From the NCBI GenBank assembly GCA_965648905.1, contig CBFGIT010000005.1, forward strand, positions 3,097-67,096: a stretch of DNA of 64,000 bases. The letters are read 5' to 3'. Of the stretch, positions 9,464 to 20,743 are shown piece by piece. The notes under the pieces are model-generated. The model searched no databases. It had not been told where the DNA came from and saw only the letters and a program-made list of their open reading frames with translations. The stretch is from a candidate division WOR-3 bacterium. GTDB lineage: Bacteria; Hydrothermota; Tepidihabitantia; Tepidihabitantales; Tepidihabitantaceae. Within the stretch, counting starts at the first letter, position 1. Each line of letters opens with the position of its first letter. The position numbers and the translations under genes were made by a program.

Positions 9464-11502
9464 GCCGCGCCAAGGTTAGCAGTCGAGGTGACCGAGGCCG
9501 CGGAGCGTGAGGCGGCGCGGGAGACCGAGAGGTGACAGGACGGCACCAGACCGGTGCAGGGGTCAGGCCGGTAGTTCGGCACCAGTTGGGCGAGTTCCTG
9601 CTTCACGGCATTCCGGTCGAGTCGGGGAAGTGTCTGCTCAAGCTGTTGCAGAGCCCGGGCGAGGTCCGGGTAGCAGACGTGCCGCGAGATACGGGCCTGG
9701 AAGATGCGGTCGTTCTCGGTGGCAACCGTGCCTTCTTCTGCGGTCAGCAGTTCCTCGAAGAGCTTCTCGCCCGGACGCATGCCGGTGACGATGACCGGGA
9801 TGTCGACATTGGGGGTGAGGCCGGCCAGCTCAACCATGCGGTGGGCAAGGTCCCAGATTCGCACCGGTTCGCCCATATCGAGAACAAAGACCTCACCGCC
9901 CCGGCCCAGGGCCGCGGCCTGGAGTACGAGCAGGACCGATTCACTGGTGAGCATGAAGTAGCGCTTCATCTCCCGGTCGGTCACGGTAATCGGCTGACGC
10001 CGGGCAATCGCATCCCGGAACAAGGTCGTGACGCTGCCCCGGCTGTCAAGGACGTTACCGAATCTAACCGCCATCACCCGCATGTCGGAAAGCCCGTTCA
10101 TCGAGACCGCCAGCATCTCACCCAGACGCTTGGATGCGCCCATGGTGCTGGTTGGATTGACCGCTTTGTCGGTTGAGATGTAGACGAAGCAGTCGGTCCC
10201 ATGACGCACCGCAGTGCGGGCCAGGAGATGCGTGCCGAGCACGTTGACCGCGACTGCGTCTTCGGGATGGAACTCGAGAATCGGCACGTGCTTGTAGGCC
10301 GCGGCGTGGAACACGACCTCGGGTCGATACCGTTCGAACGCCTGAGTAACGTCCGGTTCGTGGGTGATGTCGCCGAGCACCGGGATGAGTTCAAGACCGG
10401 GATGGTTCTGGCGAATCTCACGGTCAACGTAGAACAGGTTGGAGTCGTCGCGTTCGAACAGCACCAGGGCCGCGGGTTCGAATCGCGCGAGTTGGCGGCA
10501 GAGTTCAGAGCCGATTGAACCGCCCGCACCAGTCACAAGGATCCGCCGGCCGCCAAAGACCCGTCTCATTCGGCTGACGTCAATCGGCACCGGCGGACGG
10601 CCGGTCAGTTCGTGGATGCAGAGTTTCTCAAGCGCACCAAGGTCGGACCGGTCTTCGATAACGTCGACCAGCGACGGCATGGTCTTAACTTCGACCGAGC
10701 TGATGCGGTGCAGCCGGGCGTACAGGTCGCCGAGGCTGAAGCCGGGGTTGGCTTCAAGCAGCACGAGCACGACCTCAATCCCGTAGCGTTCGACGACCGC
10801 TTCCAGGTCATCGGTTGTGCCCAGTACTTCGATACCCTGTTCGTAGTTGCCGACCTGGTTCGGGTCAGGGTCAACGATGCCGGTGATGTAGTAGTCGAAG
10901 TCGCCCATCCGCCGCAGCAGATTGGGCAGGAAGTAGGCGTGTTTTGAGGACATGACCACCAAGGTACGCTTTCCTTCGGCCTGCGCGAACAGGGGCTCGA
11001 CCAGCAGCCGTTTCGAGCCGCGAAAAGTTGCCAGCGCCAGGAAGAGCACTGCGCCCCAGAGCAGCGGATGAGGCATGTCGACCTTGCCGAGCGGGGTGAA
11101 AAGGACAAGGGCATACACGGTCAGTATGACCAGCCCGACTGCTGCGGCCAGACGGCGCAGGTCGGCGAGCGAGAACGTCACCCAGGCAAGCCGGTAGTTG
11201 CGGAAGGCAACGTTGGCAACGATGACGAGCGCGGAGAGCACGATTCCGAGGAGCAGGGCGTTGGCCGGGACGAACTGGGTCCGACTGAGAGCGAACCGGA
11301 ACGCGGCCAGGGTTGCGATTACGGTCGTGAGACCGTCGCCGATGATGAAGAAAGTCTCGCGACGCGAGCCGGTGACGCGCAGGTATCGTCCGAGTGCGGC
11401 CTGCAGCTTTGCTGAATGGTTCCTGAGCGCGGCCAGCGAGCGAGCTTCGCGGCCGGGCGCAGGCAGAGCCAGCCCGCTATTGCTGATACGGCTGGTGCTC
11501 AT
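9460..11502 (-). CDS. Membrane-anchored nucleotide-sugar 4,6-dehydratase/epimerase (CapD/PglF/WbpM family)
   Basis: An N-terminal multi-TM region followed by a Rossmann fold (ILVTGAGGSIGSELCRQL) and a YxxxK-type catalytic region. Confidence 0.8.
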   Translation of the reverse strand: MSTSRISNSGLALPAPGREARSLAALRNHSAKLQAALGRYLRVTGSRRETFFIIGDGLTTVIATLAAFRFALSRTQFVPANALLLGIVLSALVIVANVAFRNYRLAWVTFSLADLRRLAAAVGLVILTVYALVLFTPLGKVDMPHPLLWGAVLFLALATFRGSKRLLVEPLFAQAEGKRTLVVMSSKHAYFLPNLLRRMGDFDYYITGIVDPDPNQVGNYEQGIEVLGTTDDLEAVVERYGIEVVLVLLEANPGFSLGDLYARLHRISSVEVKTMPSLVDVIEDRSDLGALEKLCIHELTGRPPVPIDVSRMRRVFGGRRILVTGAGGSIGSELCRQLARFEPAALVLFERDDSNLFYVDREIRQNHPGLELIPVLGDITHEPDVTQAFERYRPEVVFHAAAYKHVPILEFHPEDAVAVNVLGTHLLARTAVRHGTDCFVYISTDKAVNPTSTMGASKRLGEMLAVSMNGLSDMRVMAVRFGNVLDSRGSVTTLFRDAIARRQPITVTDREMKRYFMLTSESVLLVLQAAALGRGGEVFVLDMGEPVRIWDLAHRMVELAGLTPNVDIPVIVTGMRPGEKLFEELLTAEEGTVATENDRIFQARISRHVCYPDLARALQQLEQTLPRLDRNAVKQELAQLVPNYRPDPCTGLVPSCHLSVSRAASRSAASVTSTANLGAA

Positions 11503-11791
11503 GATTGGAACGGCAGATAGGTCGCGGGACTTCGTCCGGCGATCCTGATTGCAGGGCGGTTTGAGCCATACCCCGGCACACTGACTCTGGCCATAACGTT
11601 ATGATAACTCCCCACATGCACAGATAGCAATAGCCGTGCCCTGGGCCGGCTGTCGGTCTTTGGCTCTATCTGCCGCTATTTCAATCACTTATTCTGGCGA
11701 GAGGCCGGAACGGCCTGTGCGACGCGCCGCTGTCAGTTGGCGGCCAGGCTGCTAACTTCAATCAGCACAGGTAGTTAGAAGTGCGACCGGT

Positions 11792-13603
11792 TCAGGCCGG
11801 GTAGGCGTTGAGTTGCACCGCCCACTTGCGCAGGGCGGTTCGGCGCTGGTTGTCGTCTTCAGGTAAGACAAGGGGCCGGCCGCGGCAGTCGATAATCACG
11901 CCCGACAGCCCACCTTCAACCTTGCCCTCAACGACCTTGCCCGGGCCGGCGCCGACGTCAAAGCCGCGTTCCGGGCTGACGACAACACGGGCAGATTCGC
12001 CCACCGGCAGGGGCAGGAGCGCAATGTCGCCGAAGTTGACTCTGGCCTCCAGCTCTTCGCCTGAGGTCCTCGTAACCTTAACATGCACGCATCTCTGGCC
12101 GTCTTTGCCGGTGCCGACCGGTGCGACTGCGGTTCCCAAATGAATCAGGCAGTCTTTCTCGAAGACCTCGTAGGCTGCTTCGGGATGGACCTCGGTGAGC
12201 ACGCCCAGGTGCGGCATCATGAAGATCGAGTCCACGGTCAGGCGGGTGATACCTTCGGGCTGAAAGGCGTCAAGCAGCATCATCGCGGACTGAACCCGGC
12301 GCGGCGCGTGGGACAGAGCACCGCCCGAGCCGACCACGAGGTTCAGGTCCATCATGTTGACCAGGGTCTCGCCGGTGCGGGTCTGGGCGAACGCATCGGA
12401 GATGGTTCGTTCCTGCTGTACGCCTTTGAGCCCGACGGCCATCGACTTGTGATGGACGAGTGCCAGGCGCAGGGCCTCGCGGGCAATCGCCTGTTCGAGC
12501 TTCAGTTCCTCGAGCGTGGACGGAATCGTGGTCGGTCGAATCATCTTGTTGCGGATGCGGTTGCGGACTTCGGCCGCGGGCATCTCAAGGGGCAGCCAGC
12601 GCATGATGTTCGCCTCGCCCGCCTCAGCGAGCACATTGGAGATGGAATACGACATGCCGAGGTTGGCCGAGACCGTCCGGTTGAACACCCCCTGGAACAC
12701 GCTGAATACATCGGTCGTCGCGCCGCCGATGTCAACGCCCAGGGCGGTGATACCCTGGGACTTGCCGATATTCTCAATCAGGAGACCGACCGCACCGGGC
12801 GTGGGCATGATGGGCACGTCGGTCCACTTCATCAGCTTGCCGTATCCCGGAGCATGGGCCATGACGTGTTCCATGAACAGGTCGTGAATCTTGTTCCGGG
12901 CCGGCAGCAGGTTCTCCCGTTCCAGCACCGGTCTGATGTTCTCGACAATCTCGAGCGCGCTCTTGTCTTTCAGGGTCTTGAGGATTACCTCGCGGGCATC
13001 CTTGTTGCCGGCGAAGATGACCGGCAGGTTGTAGCCCACACCGAAGCGGGGTCTGGGGTCGGCCGCGGAGATGAGCTCGGCCAGCTCGACCACGTGCGAG
13101 ACAGTGCCGCCGTCAATGCCGCCGGACAGCAGAATCATGTCCGGTCGCAGCGTGCGGATCCGCTCGATCTTCTCGTGCGGCAGCCGACCGTCGTTGGAGG
13201 CGATGACGTCCATGACGATTGCGCCCGCACCCAGTGCGGCCCGGGCCGCACTCTCGCCGGTCATGGTCAGAACGACACCCGCGACCATCATCTGGAGACC
13301 GCCGCCCGCCGATGACGTTGAGATATAGGTGTCGGAACCTTCTTTGTCGCCGGCTCTGGGCTTGATAATCGTTTCACCGTCGAGCAGCTTGACTCCGGAC
13401 AGCTCCTCGACTTCCATCACCGAGTTGAGGACGCCGCGGGTAACGTCTTCGAACGGGGCCTCAACCGTGGTCGGTGCTTCGCCGCGCGTGGCAAGACGAA
13501 ACTCGTCGCCGCGCTTCTCGATGAGAATCGCCTTGGTCGTGGTCGAACCGCAGTCAGTGGCGAGGATTCGGGTTATCTTTGACTTTTCTATCACGCCTGT
13601 CAT
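11792..13603 (-). CDS. Glutamate mutase L (GlmL/MutL)-like protein, the accessory/reactivase-like family of B12 mutases
   Basis: The N terminus KITRILATDCGSTTTKAILIE is characteristic of the GlmL family. The actin-like ATPase fold runs through the whole protein. Confidence 0.6.
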   Translation of the reverse strand: MTGVIEKSKITRILATDCGSTTTKAILIEKRGDEFRLATRGEAPTTVEAPFEDVTRGVLNSVMEVEELSGVKLLDGETIIKPRAGDKEGSDTYISTSSAGGGLQMMVAGVVLTMTGESAARAALGAGAIVMDVIASNDGRLPHEKIERIRTLRPDMILLSGGIDGGTVSHVVELAELISAADPRPRFGVGYNLPVIFAGNKDAREVILKTLKDKSALEIVENIRPVLERENLLPARNKIHDLFMEHVMAHAPGYGKLMKWTDVPIMPTPGAVGLLIENIGKSQGITALGVDIGGATTDVFSVFQGVFNRTVSANLGMSYSISNVLAEAGEANIMRWLPLEMPAAEVRNRIRNKMIRPTTIPSTLEELKLEQAIAREALRLALVHHKSMAVGLKGVQQERTISDAFAQTRTGETLVNMMDLNLVVGSGGALSHAPRRVQSAMMLLDAFQPEGITRLTVDSIFMMPHLGVLTEVHPEAAYEVFEKDCLIHLGTAVAPVGTGKDGQRCVHVKVTRTSGEELEARVNFGDIALLPLPVGESARVVVSPERGFDVGAGPGKVVEGKVEGGLSGVIIDCRGRPLVLPEDDNQRRTALRKWAVQLNAYPA

Positions 13604-13871
13604 CCTCCAGTTTCTCGATGGTCTGGATCAGGGCTTCGACGTTGGCCCGGTCTTCGAGCAGGGCGGTCACTTCGTCGTACTGCCGGAACGGGAAGACCGC
13701 GGTGACAATCGGCTGCAGGAACACCATCATCTGGGAGCCGACAAATGAGAGCGGCTTGGACGATTCGAGGAGCACAATCGCGACCGGGGAGAGCCGCAGG
13801 TCGACAACCTTCTGGGCAATCTTGCCCAGGATTTCGTCCCGGCGCTCGGCGGGAACGTCGGAGGCAAACAT
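13554..13871 (-). CDS. Hypothetical 105-aa protein, translationally coupled to gcvPB
   Basis: Its start abuts the gcvPB stop at 13871 and its 3' end overlaps the GlmL-like start. No family was recognised. Confidence 0.35.
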   Translation of the reverse strand: MFASDVPAERRDEILGKIAQKVVDLRLSPVAIVLLESSKPLSFVGSQMMVFLQPIVTAVFPFRQYDEVTALLEDRANVEALIQTIEKLEDDRRDRKVKDNPNPRH

Positions 13872-15349
13872 CAGACATCAGGTTGGCCGGAGTGCCCCAA
13901 GTCTGCGACGTCGAGCTCACGCGAGGCCCGGGCCTCGTCCAGGCGGCGAACCGGAGTCGAGACCGGCGCGTTCCGCAACCGGTCGGGCTCGGTCGCCGCT
14001 TCGCGGGCAATGCGCTGCATCGCCTCGATGAACTGGTCGAGCGACTCAAGCGACTCGGTCTCGGTCGGCTCAATCATCAGGGCTTCGGGCACAATCAGCG
14101 GGAAGTAGATGGTCGGTGCGTGGAGACCGAAGTCGAGCAGCCGTTTGGCGACGTCGAGTGTCTTGACATCATACTGCCGCAGGTTTGAACCGGAGAAGAC
14201 GACCTCGTGCATCGAGCGGCCCTGGTACGGCAGGTCATAGATTCCCTCAAGCCCGGCCCGGACGTAGTTGGCATTCAGTACCGCATTCTGAGCCGCGTCG
14301 CGCAGGCCCAGGGCACCGAGCATTCGGATGTAGGTGTATGCCCGCACAAGAACCCCGAACTGGCCGTGGAACCCGGTAACGCGGCCGATGGAGTCCGGGC
14401 GGTCGAAGTCCAGATAGTAGGAGTAGTCCCGGGTCCTGGCGCTCAGTTCTTTCCTTGCTGCCACCGGCCTGGGCAGGAACGGCTCAAGATGCTTCTTGAC
14501 CGCAATCGGACCTGAGCCCGGGCCGCCGCCGCCGTGCGGGGTCGAGAAGGTCTTGTGCAGGTTGATGTGCATGACGTCGAAGCCGGCATCGCCCGGCCGG
14601 TGGATGCCAACACAGGCGTTCAGGTTTGCGCCGTCAAGGTAGACCAAAGCACCCTGCTCGTGCATGACGTCGCAAATCGCCTTCGCATCGGTTTCGAAGA
14701 TACCGAGCGTATTGGGATTGGTGACCATCAGACAGGCGACGCACCCGGCAGTTGAGCACTCGCGCGCCAGCTCAGCCGGGTCAACCTGGCCGTGTTCATT
14801 CGACTTAATCTGCACCGGCTTGAACCCGGAGAGCGTGACCGAAGCCGGATTGGTCCCGTGGGCTGAGTCGGGCACGAGCACGATTGTGCGGTTCTCGCCT
14901 CGTTTCTCGAAGTAACGGCGTACCATCATGATGCCGGTCAGCTCACCGTGGGCGCCGGCTGCAGGCTGGAGCGAGACCGCGTCGAAGCCTGTAATCTCGG
15001 CGAGAAACTCCTGCAGTTCGAACATCAGTTGCAGCGCGCCCTGGGTCAGTTCCTCGGGTTCGAGCGGATGGAGGCCGGTGAAGCCGGGCAGCCGACAGGC
15101 GAGCTCGTTCACCTTGGGGTTGTATTTCATGGTGCATGAGCCGAGCGGGTAGAAGCCCCGGTCCACATGATGGTTCATTACCGACAGCCGGTTGAAATGA
15201 CGGGCGATGTCTACCTCGGAAAGCTCAGGCAGGTTGTTATCAAGACGGGCGTACTCACCGACATCGACCGCAGGCACGTCCAACTCGGGCAGAGACCAGG
15301 CCCGACGCCCAACTGCAGAAAGCTCGAACACGGTCTTCTCAGGCATCAA
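13871..15349 (-). CDS. gcvPB: Glycine dehydrogenase (decarboxylating) subunit 2
   Basis: Strong family resemblance along the full length, including a PLP-lysine region. It lies in the operon with gcvPA, gcvH and gcvT. Confidence 0.9.
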   Translation of the reverse strand: MMPEKTVFELSAVGRRAWSLPELDVPAVDVGEYARLDNNLPELSEVDIARHFNRLSVMNHHVDRGFYPLGSCTMKYNPKVNELACRLPGFTGLHPLEPEELTQGALQLMFELQEFLAEITGFDAVSLQPAAGAHGELTGIMMVRRYFEKRGENRTIVLVPDSAHGTNPASVTLSGFKPVQIKSNEHGQVDPAELARECSTAGCVACLMVTNPNTLGIFETDAKAICDVMHEQGALVYLDGANLNACVGIHRPGDAGFDVMHINLHKTFSTPHGGGGPGSGPIAVKKHLEPFLPRPVAARKELSARTRDYSYYLDFDRPDSIGRVTGFHGQFGVLVRAYTYIRMLGALGLRDAAQNAVLNANYVRAGLEGIYDLPYQGRSMHEVVFSGSNLRQYDVKTLDVAKRLLDFGLHAPTIYFPLIVPEALMIEPTETESLESLDQFIEAMQRIAREAATEPDRLRNAPVSTPVRRLDEARASRELDVADLGHSGQPDV

Positions 15350-15555
15350 CGTTTCCTCGTGGCGATGAATCGGGCGACTGAGCGGTCGTAGGTGCGCTCA
15401 ACCTCGGGCGGAAACAGACAACCAGGCAACTCGCCCGCGTCACGGTGGTAGGCGATGCACTCGCAGCACCGGCCTTTGCGCGGGCACGGTTCATAGGTGC
15501 ACGTGCACGAAGCCCGATTCCGGGTGAGGTTGCAGTCTGGTACTTCGGCCTGCAT
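15346..15555 (-). CDS. Small cysteine-rich (zinc-ribbon-like) protein embedded between gcvPA and gcvPB
   Basis: 69 aa containing [21 protein letters not shown]. The gene overlaps the gcvPB start by 4 nt and begins 2 nt after the gcvPA stop. Confidence 0.45.
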   Translation of the reverse strand: MQAEVPDCNLTRNRASCTCTYEPCPRKGRCCECIAYHRDAGELPGCLFPPEVERTYDRSVARFIATRKR

Positions 15556-15556
15556 C

Positions 15557-16894
15557 CTAGATACCTTTTAGAAACTCCACGTACCTGTCCATTTCGGCCC
15601 GGGTGCGCTTCTCGGTCACCGCTACGAGCAGCCGGTTCTTCCACTCCGGGTTGAACCGGGCCAAGTCTACACCGGCCAGGATTCCGTGCCTGACTCCGGC
15701 CTCGACCACCTGAGCTGCCGGAACCGGAGTCTGGACCGTGAACTCCTTGAAAAAAGGAGTGCTTGACTCGGGGACAAAACCCGGCACGCAACCGATGGCC
15801 CGAGCCAGATAGTGGGCCTTGGCCAGACACTGGCGGGCAACCTCGGCAATCCCGGTTCGGCCCATCACGCAGAGGTAGACGTTGGCGGCCAGGGCACAAA
15901 GCGCCTGGTTTGTGCAGATATTGGAGCTTGCTCGTTCGCGTCGGATATGCTGCTCGCGGGTCTGGAGCGCAAGAACATAGCCAGGACGGCCTTCGATGTC
16001 CGCAGTGCGGGCAACAATTCGGCCGGGCATGTTGCGGATGTATTTCTTCCTGGCGGACAGCAGCCCCAGGTACGGGCCGCCAAAGTTCAAGGGAAGGCCG
16101 AGCGACTGGCCCTCACCGACACAGATGTCAGCACCGTACTCGCCCGGCGGCTGGAGAACGCCCAGAGAGACCGGGTCGGCCGAGACCACGAGCAGGGCTC
16201 CGGCCTGATGCACGATGTGACTCAACTGAGGCGCGGGCTCGATCACCCCGAAGAAGTTGGGGTGCTGGACAAGCACCGCAGCGACGTCTTGGCCGCACAT
16301 CTGCTCGAGCGCGGCCGAGTCGGTGAAACCGTGTTTGAGCGGCACGGTTTCGATTGGTATGCCCAGGCCATGGCAGTAGGTGCGCACGACTTCAACATGG
16401 GCCGGGTGGACGCCATCCGAGACCAGCACGCGGGGACGACGGCTGATGTCGCGCGCCATGTGCGTCGCTTCGGCCAGAGCCGAGCCGCAGTCGTACATTG
16501 AGGCGTTGGCCACTTCCATCGCATAGAGCCGGCAGACCAGTGACTGGAACTCATAGATGGCCTGGAGCGTGCCCTGGCTGACTTCAGGCTGGTAAGGCGT
16601 GTACGCGGTGTAGAACTCAGGCCGCGAGATGATGGTGTCGACGATGGCCGGCGCGTAGTGGTCATAGGCTCCGGCTCCGGCAAAGCAGACCAGTTGGTCG
16701 GTGCCGATGTTGCGGCGTGCGAGCCCGGAAAGGAAACTGACCGCCTCGGGCTCGGAGAGCGGCTCGGGCAGATTGAGCGGCCGCTCCAGCTTCAGGTCAT
16801 CGGGGATGACAGAGAACAGCTCCTCGACCGACCCAACGCCGATGCGCTCAAGCATCTTCTGCCGGTCTCCGTCGGTGTGAGGAGTGTACCGCAT
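15557..16894 (-). CDS. gcvPA: Glycine dehydrogenase (decarboxylating) subunit 1
   Basis: Full-length family resemblance, for example the N terminus [19 protein letters not shown]. Confidence 0.9.
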   Translation of the reverse strand: MRYTPHTDGDRQKMLERIGVGSVEELFSVIPDDLKLERPLNLPEPLSEPEAVSFLSGLARRNIGTDQLVCFAGAGAYDHYAPAIVDTIISRPEFYTAYTPYQPEVSQGTLQAIYEFQSLVCRLYAMEVANASMYDCGSALAEATHMARDISRRPRVLVSDGVHPAHVEVVRTYCHGLGIPIETVPLKHGFTDSAALEQMCGQDVAAVLVQHPNFFGVIEPAPQLSHIVHQAGALLVVSADPVSLGVLQPPGEYGADICVGEGQSLGLPLNFGGPYLGLLSARKKYIRNMPGRIVARTADIEGRPGYVLALQTREQHIRRERASSNICTNQALCALAANVYLCVMGRTGIAEVARQCLAKAHYLARAIGCVPGFVPESSTPFFKEFTVQTPVPAAQVVEAGVRHGILAGVDLARFNPEWKNRLLVAVTEKRTRAEMDRYVEFLKGI

Positions 16895-16959
16895 TATGCG
16901 CAGGCTCGAAGGTCGAAGCTCTTAGTCCGAATGGTCGGAGCGTTCGTCATCTGCCAGAA

Positions 16960-17355
16960 CTAGTGGTGCGCCGACTTCTTGACGACTTCGGCATAGGCAG
17001 CAGCATCAAGTAGGCCGTCCAGTTCGGACTGGTTCGCAACGGCGATCTTCGCAATCCAGCCTGCGCCGTAAGGGTCCTGGTTCACGGTTGCGGGCGAGTC
17101 CTTGAGCGATTCGTTTCCCTCAACGACCGTGCCTGAGACCGGCGCGTACAGGTCTGAAACCGCCTTCACCGCTTCAATCGTGCCGATGGCTTCCTCGCGC
17201 TTGACGGTCTTGCCCACGGTCGTGACCTCGACATAGACGATGTCGGACAGCTCATGCTGGGCAAAGTCGGTAATGCCCACGGTCGCGACACCGGCTTCGA
17301 GTCGGACCCATTCGTGCGTCTTGGTGTACTTCAAATCGTTCGGGATGTTAGCCAA
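16960..17355 (-). CDS. gcvH: Glycine cleavage system H protein (lipoyl carrier)
   Basis: 131 aa with the lipoyl-lysine motif region [16 protein letters not shown]. Confidence 0.9.
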   Translation of the reverse strand: MANIPNDLKYTKTHEWVRLEAGVATVGITDFAQHELSDIVYVEVTTVGKTVKREEAIGTIEAVKAVSDLYAPVSGTVVEGNESLKDSPATVNQDPYGAGWIAKIAVANQSELDGLLDAAAYAEVVKKSAHH

Positions 17356-17364
17356 CAGACGACC

Positions 17365-18459
17365 TCACTTTCTTGAGCCATGCTTGTAGAACGGCGGTTT
17401 CACAACCTTGGCCGGAGCGGCCTTGCCGCGGATTTCAATTGCCACCACGGTATCGGCTTTGGCGAACTTGCGCTGCACGTAGCCCAGGGCGATTCCTTTG
17501 CTAAGGGAAGGGGACATTGTGCCGCTGGTCACGTGGCCGATTTCGGCGCCTTCGGCCAGTATCCGGCAATGCGGACGGGGGATGGACCTGTCCTGCATCT
17601 CGAGGCAGACCAGCCGACGTCGCGGTTTCTCCTCGTCGACTTTCTTCAGCGCGTCACCGCCGATGAACCCTCCGGGCTTGTCCAGAACCACAACCCAACC
17701 CAGGCCGGCCTCAATCGGGTTCGTGGTCTGGTCGATGTCGTTACCGTAAAGGGCCATCTTCATCTCAAGGCGCAGGGTGTCGCGTGCGCCCAGGCCGATC
17801 GGTTCGATCTCGAACTCCTGGCCGGCGTCAAAGATTGCATCCCAGACCTTGCCGGCATGTTCGGCCGGGAAGTAGGCCTCGAATCCGTCCTCGCCGGTGT
17901 AACCGGTGCGGGATATCAATCCATCCACACCGGCGATTCGACACGCACCTGCCCAATAGAAGCCGATGTTGGCGAGGTTGACCGAGCATATCTTCTGCAT
18001 GGTCGGCTCGGACTTGGGTCCCTGGATGGCGAGTTGGGCAATGCGGTCGGTAACGTTTTCCATCTGCACGTCGCCGGCCAGATGTTCTTTCAGCCAGGCC
18101 GTGTCCTTGGCGTTGTTGGCACCGTTCACCACCAGCAGCCAGTGGTCGGCAAGGCGGTAGACCACCAGGTCGTCAACAATACCTCCGTCCTCGTAGCAGA
18201 GGACCGAATACTGGGCCTGATTGACCGCCAGCCGGTTGACGTCGTTCGTTGTCATCCGGTTCAGCCATCCGGCTGCCTCTTTGCCTCGGACTTCAATGCG
18301 GCCCATGTGGGAGACGTCGAAGACCCCGACGGTCGTGCGCACGCGCTGGTGCTCGGGGATGATGCCCCGGAACTGGACCGGCAGGTCATAGCCCGCAAAA
18401 TCCACCATTCTGCCACCCGCGGCTAGGTGACGGTCATGGAACGGCGTATGTCGAGTCAT
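17365..18459 (-). CDS. gcvT: Aminomethyltransferase (glycine cleavage T protein)
   Basis: Full-length T-protein resemblance. It is the first gene of the minus-strand gcv operon. Confidence 0.9.
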   Translation of the reverse strand: MTRHTPFHDRHLAAGGRMVDFAGYDLPVQFRGIIPEHQRVRTTVGVFDVSHMGRIEVRGKEAAGWLNRMTTNDVNRLAVNQAQYSVLCYEDGGIVDDLVVYRLADHWLLVVNGANNAKDTAWLKEHLAGDVQMENVTDRIAQLAIQGPKSEPTMQKICSVNLANIGFYWAGACRIAGVDGLISRTGYTGEDGFEAYFPAEHAGKVWDAIFDAGQEFEIEPIGLGARDTLRLEMKMALYGNDIDQTTNPIEAGLGWVVVLDKPGGFIGGDALKKVDEEKPRRRLVCLEMQDRSIPRPHCRILAEGAEIGHVTSGTMSPSLSKGIALGYVQRKFAKADTVVAIEIRGKAAPAKVVKPPFYKHGSRK

Positions 18460-18466
18460 GGGCCGG

Positions 18467-18494
18467 TATCATAGCACAGGCAGTGGCAGAGTCA
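18467..18494 (-). promoter_or_regulatory. sigma70-type promoter (TTGACT, 16 nt spacer, TATGAT) placed so that the gcvT mRNA is leaderless or near-leaderless
   Basis: On the minus strand the sequence reads TTGACTctgccactgcctgtgcTATGATaccggcccATG, so the -10 ends 8 nt before the ATG. Confidence 0.55.
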
Positions 18495-19171
18495 AGGCAG
18501 GGTTGAACACCGCATACGAGACCGAGCCGCCGAATGCTCCACGAACGCCGAGAGCCCACTCGCCCACTGGAGTTCCGGGAGGTTCGGAGTTCGCGGACCT
18601 GATTCAGTTGCGACTTGTCAATACACGGACAGAACAACCAGGGCTGGCCGCAGGCGTTGGCGCGTACTCTGTTCGTGCGCGGTGACAGTCTCTATTCGCG
18701 CGAAAGTCGTCGTCACAAGACAGCAGACAGCAGTGCCGGCGAATCAAGGGCAGTATGGCCTAAGTCGCGTATCTTTGTGGCTTGGGCTTGCGTTTGAGCT
18801 GTCGGGTTTGCCTGGGTTCTTGGCTCTGGGAGCGAGTGGGGGAGTCGTTCCCCCTGCCAGCCTTGTGGCCGGTTCGGCTTGCGGCTGGCAGACCCGTTGG
18901 AGCAACAGGCGCAAGACCAGATTCGCAACCGCGCTCGAATCCGGGCCGAGCAGCAACACGACGGTCAGGTGCGGCAGCAGCGCGGTTGACTGGTGCAGGT
19001 CCGAACGCGCCGGCAGTTGCCAGAGCAGATGCGCTGCGAGTCCTGAGGTCAGGCGCGAGCGCGGGTCAGGAATGAACCCGCTGCGCCGACGGGCAGGAGC
19101 TGGTTCAATCCCGGATTCCGACGTGGTCGTTTTCTTGACAATCGGCCTTAGGCGTCTAGCATCGATGGCAC

Positions 19172-20725
<1,554 letters not shown>

Positions 20726-20743
20726 GGAAGTGACGAAGCCCGA

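Noticed and set aside
12083-13315. 410-aa plus-strand ORF
   Set aside because: Antisense to the well-supported GlmL-like gene, with a His/Asp/Gly/Arg-rich artefactual composition.
18459-18720. Expected glycine riboswitch upstream of gcvT
   Set aside because: The reverse complement lacks the conserved GGAGAG...CCGAAGGAGCAA...CTCAGGCAAAAGGAC core. A consensus promoter sits 8 nt from the ATG, leaving no leader.
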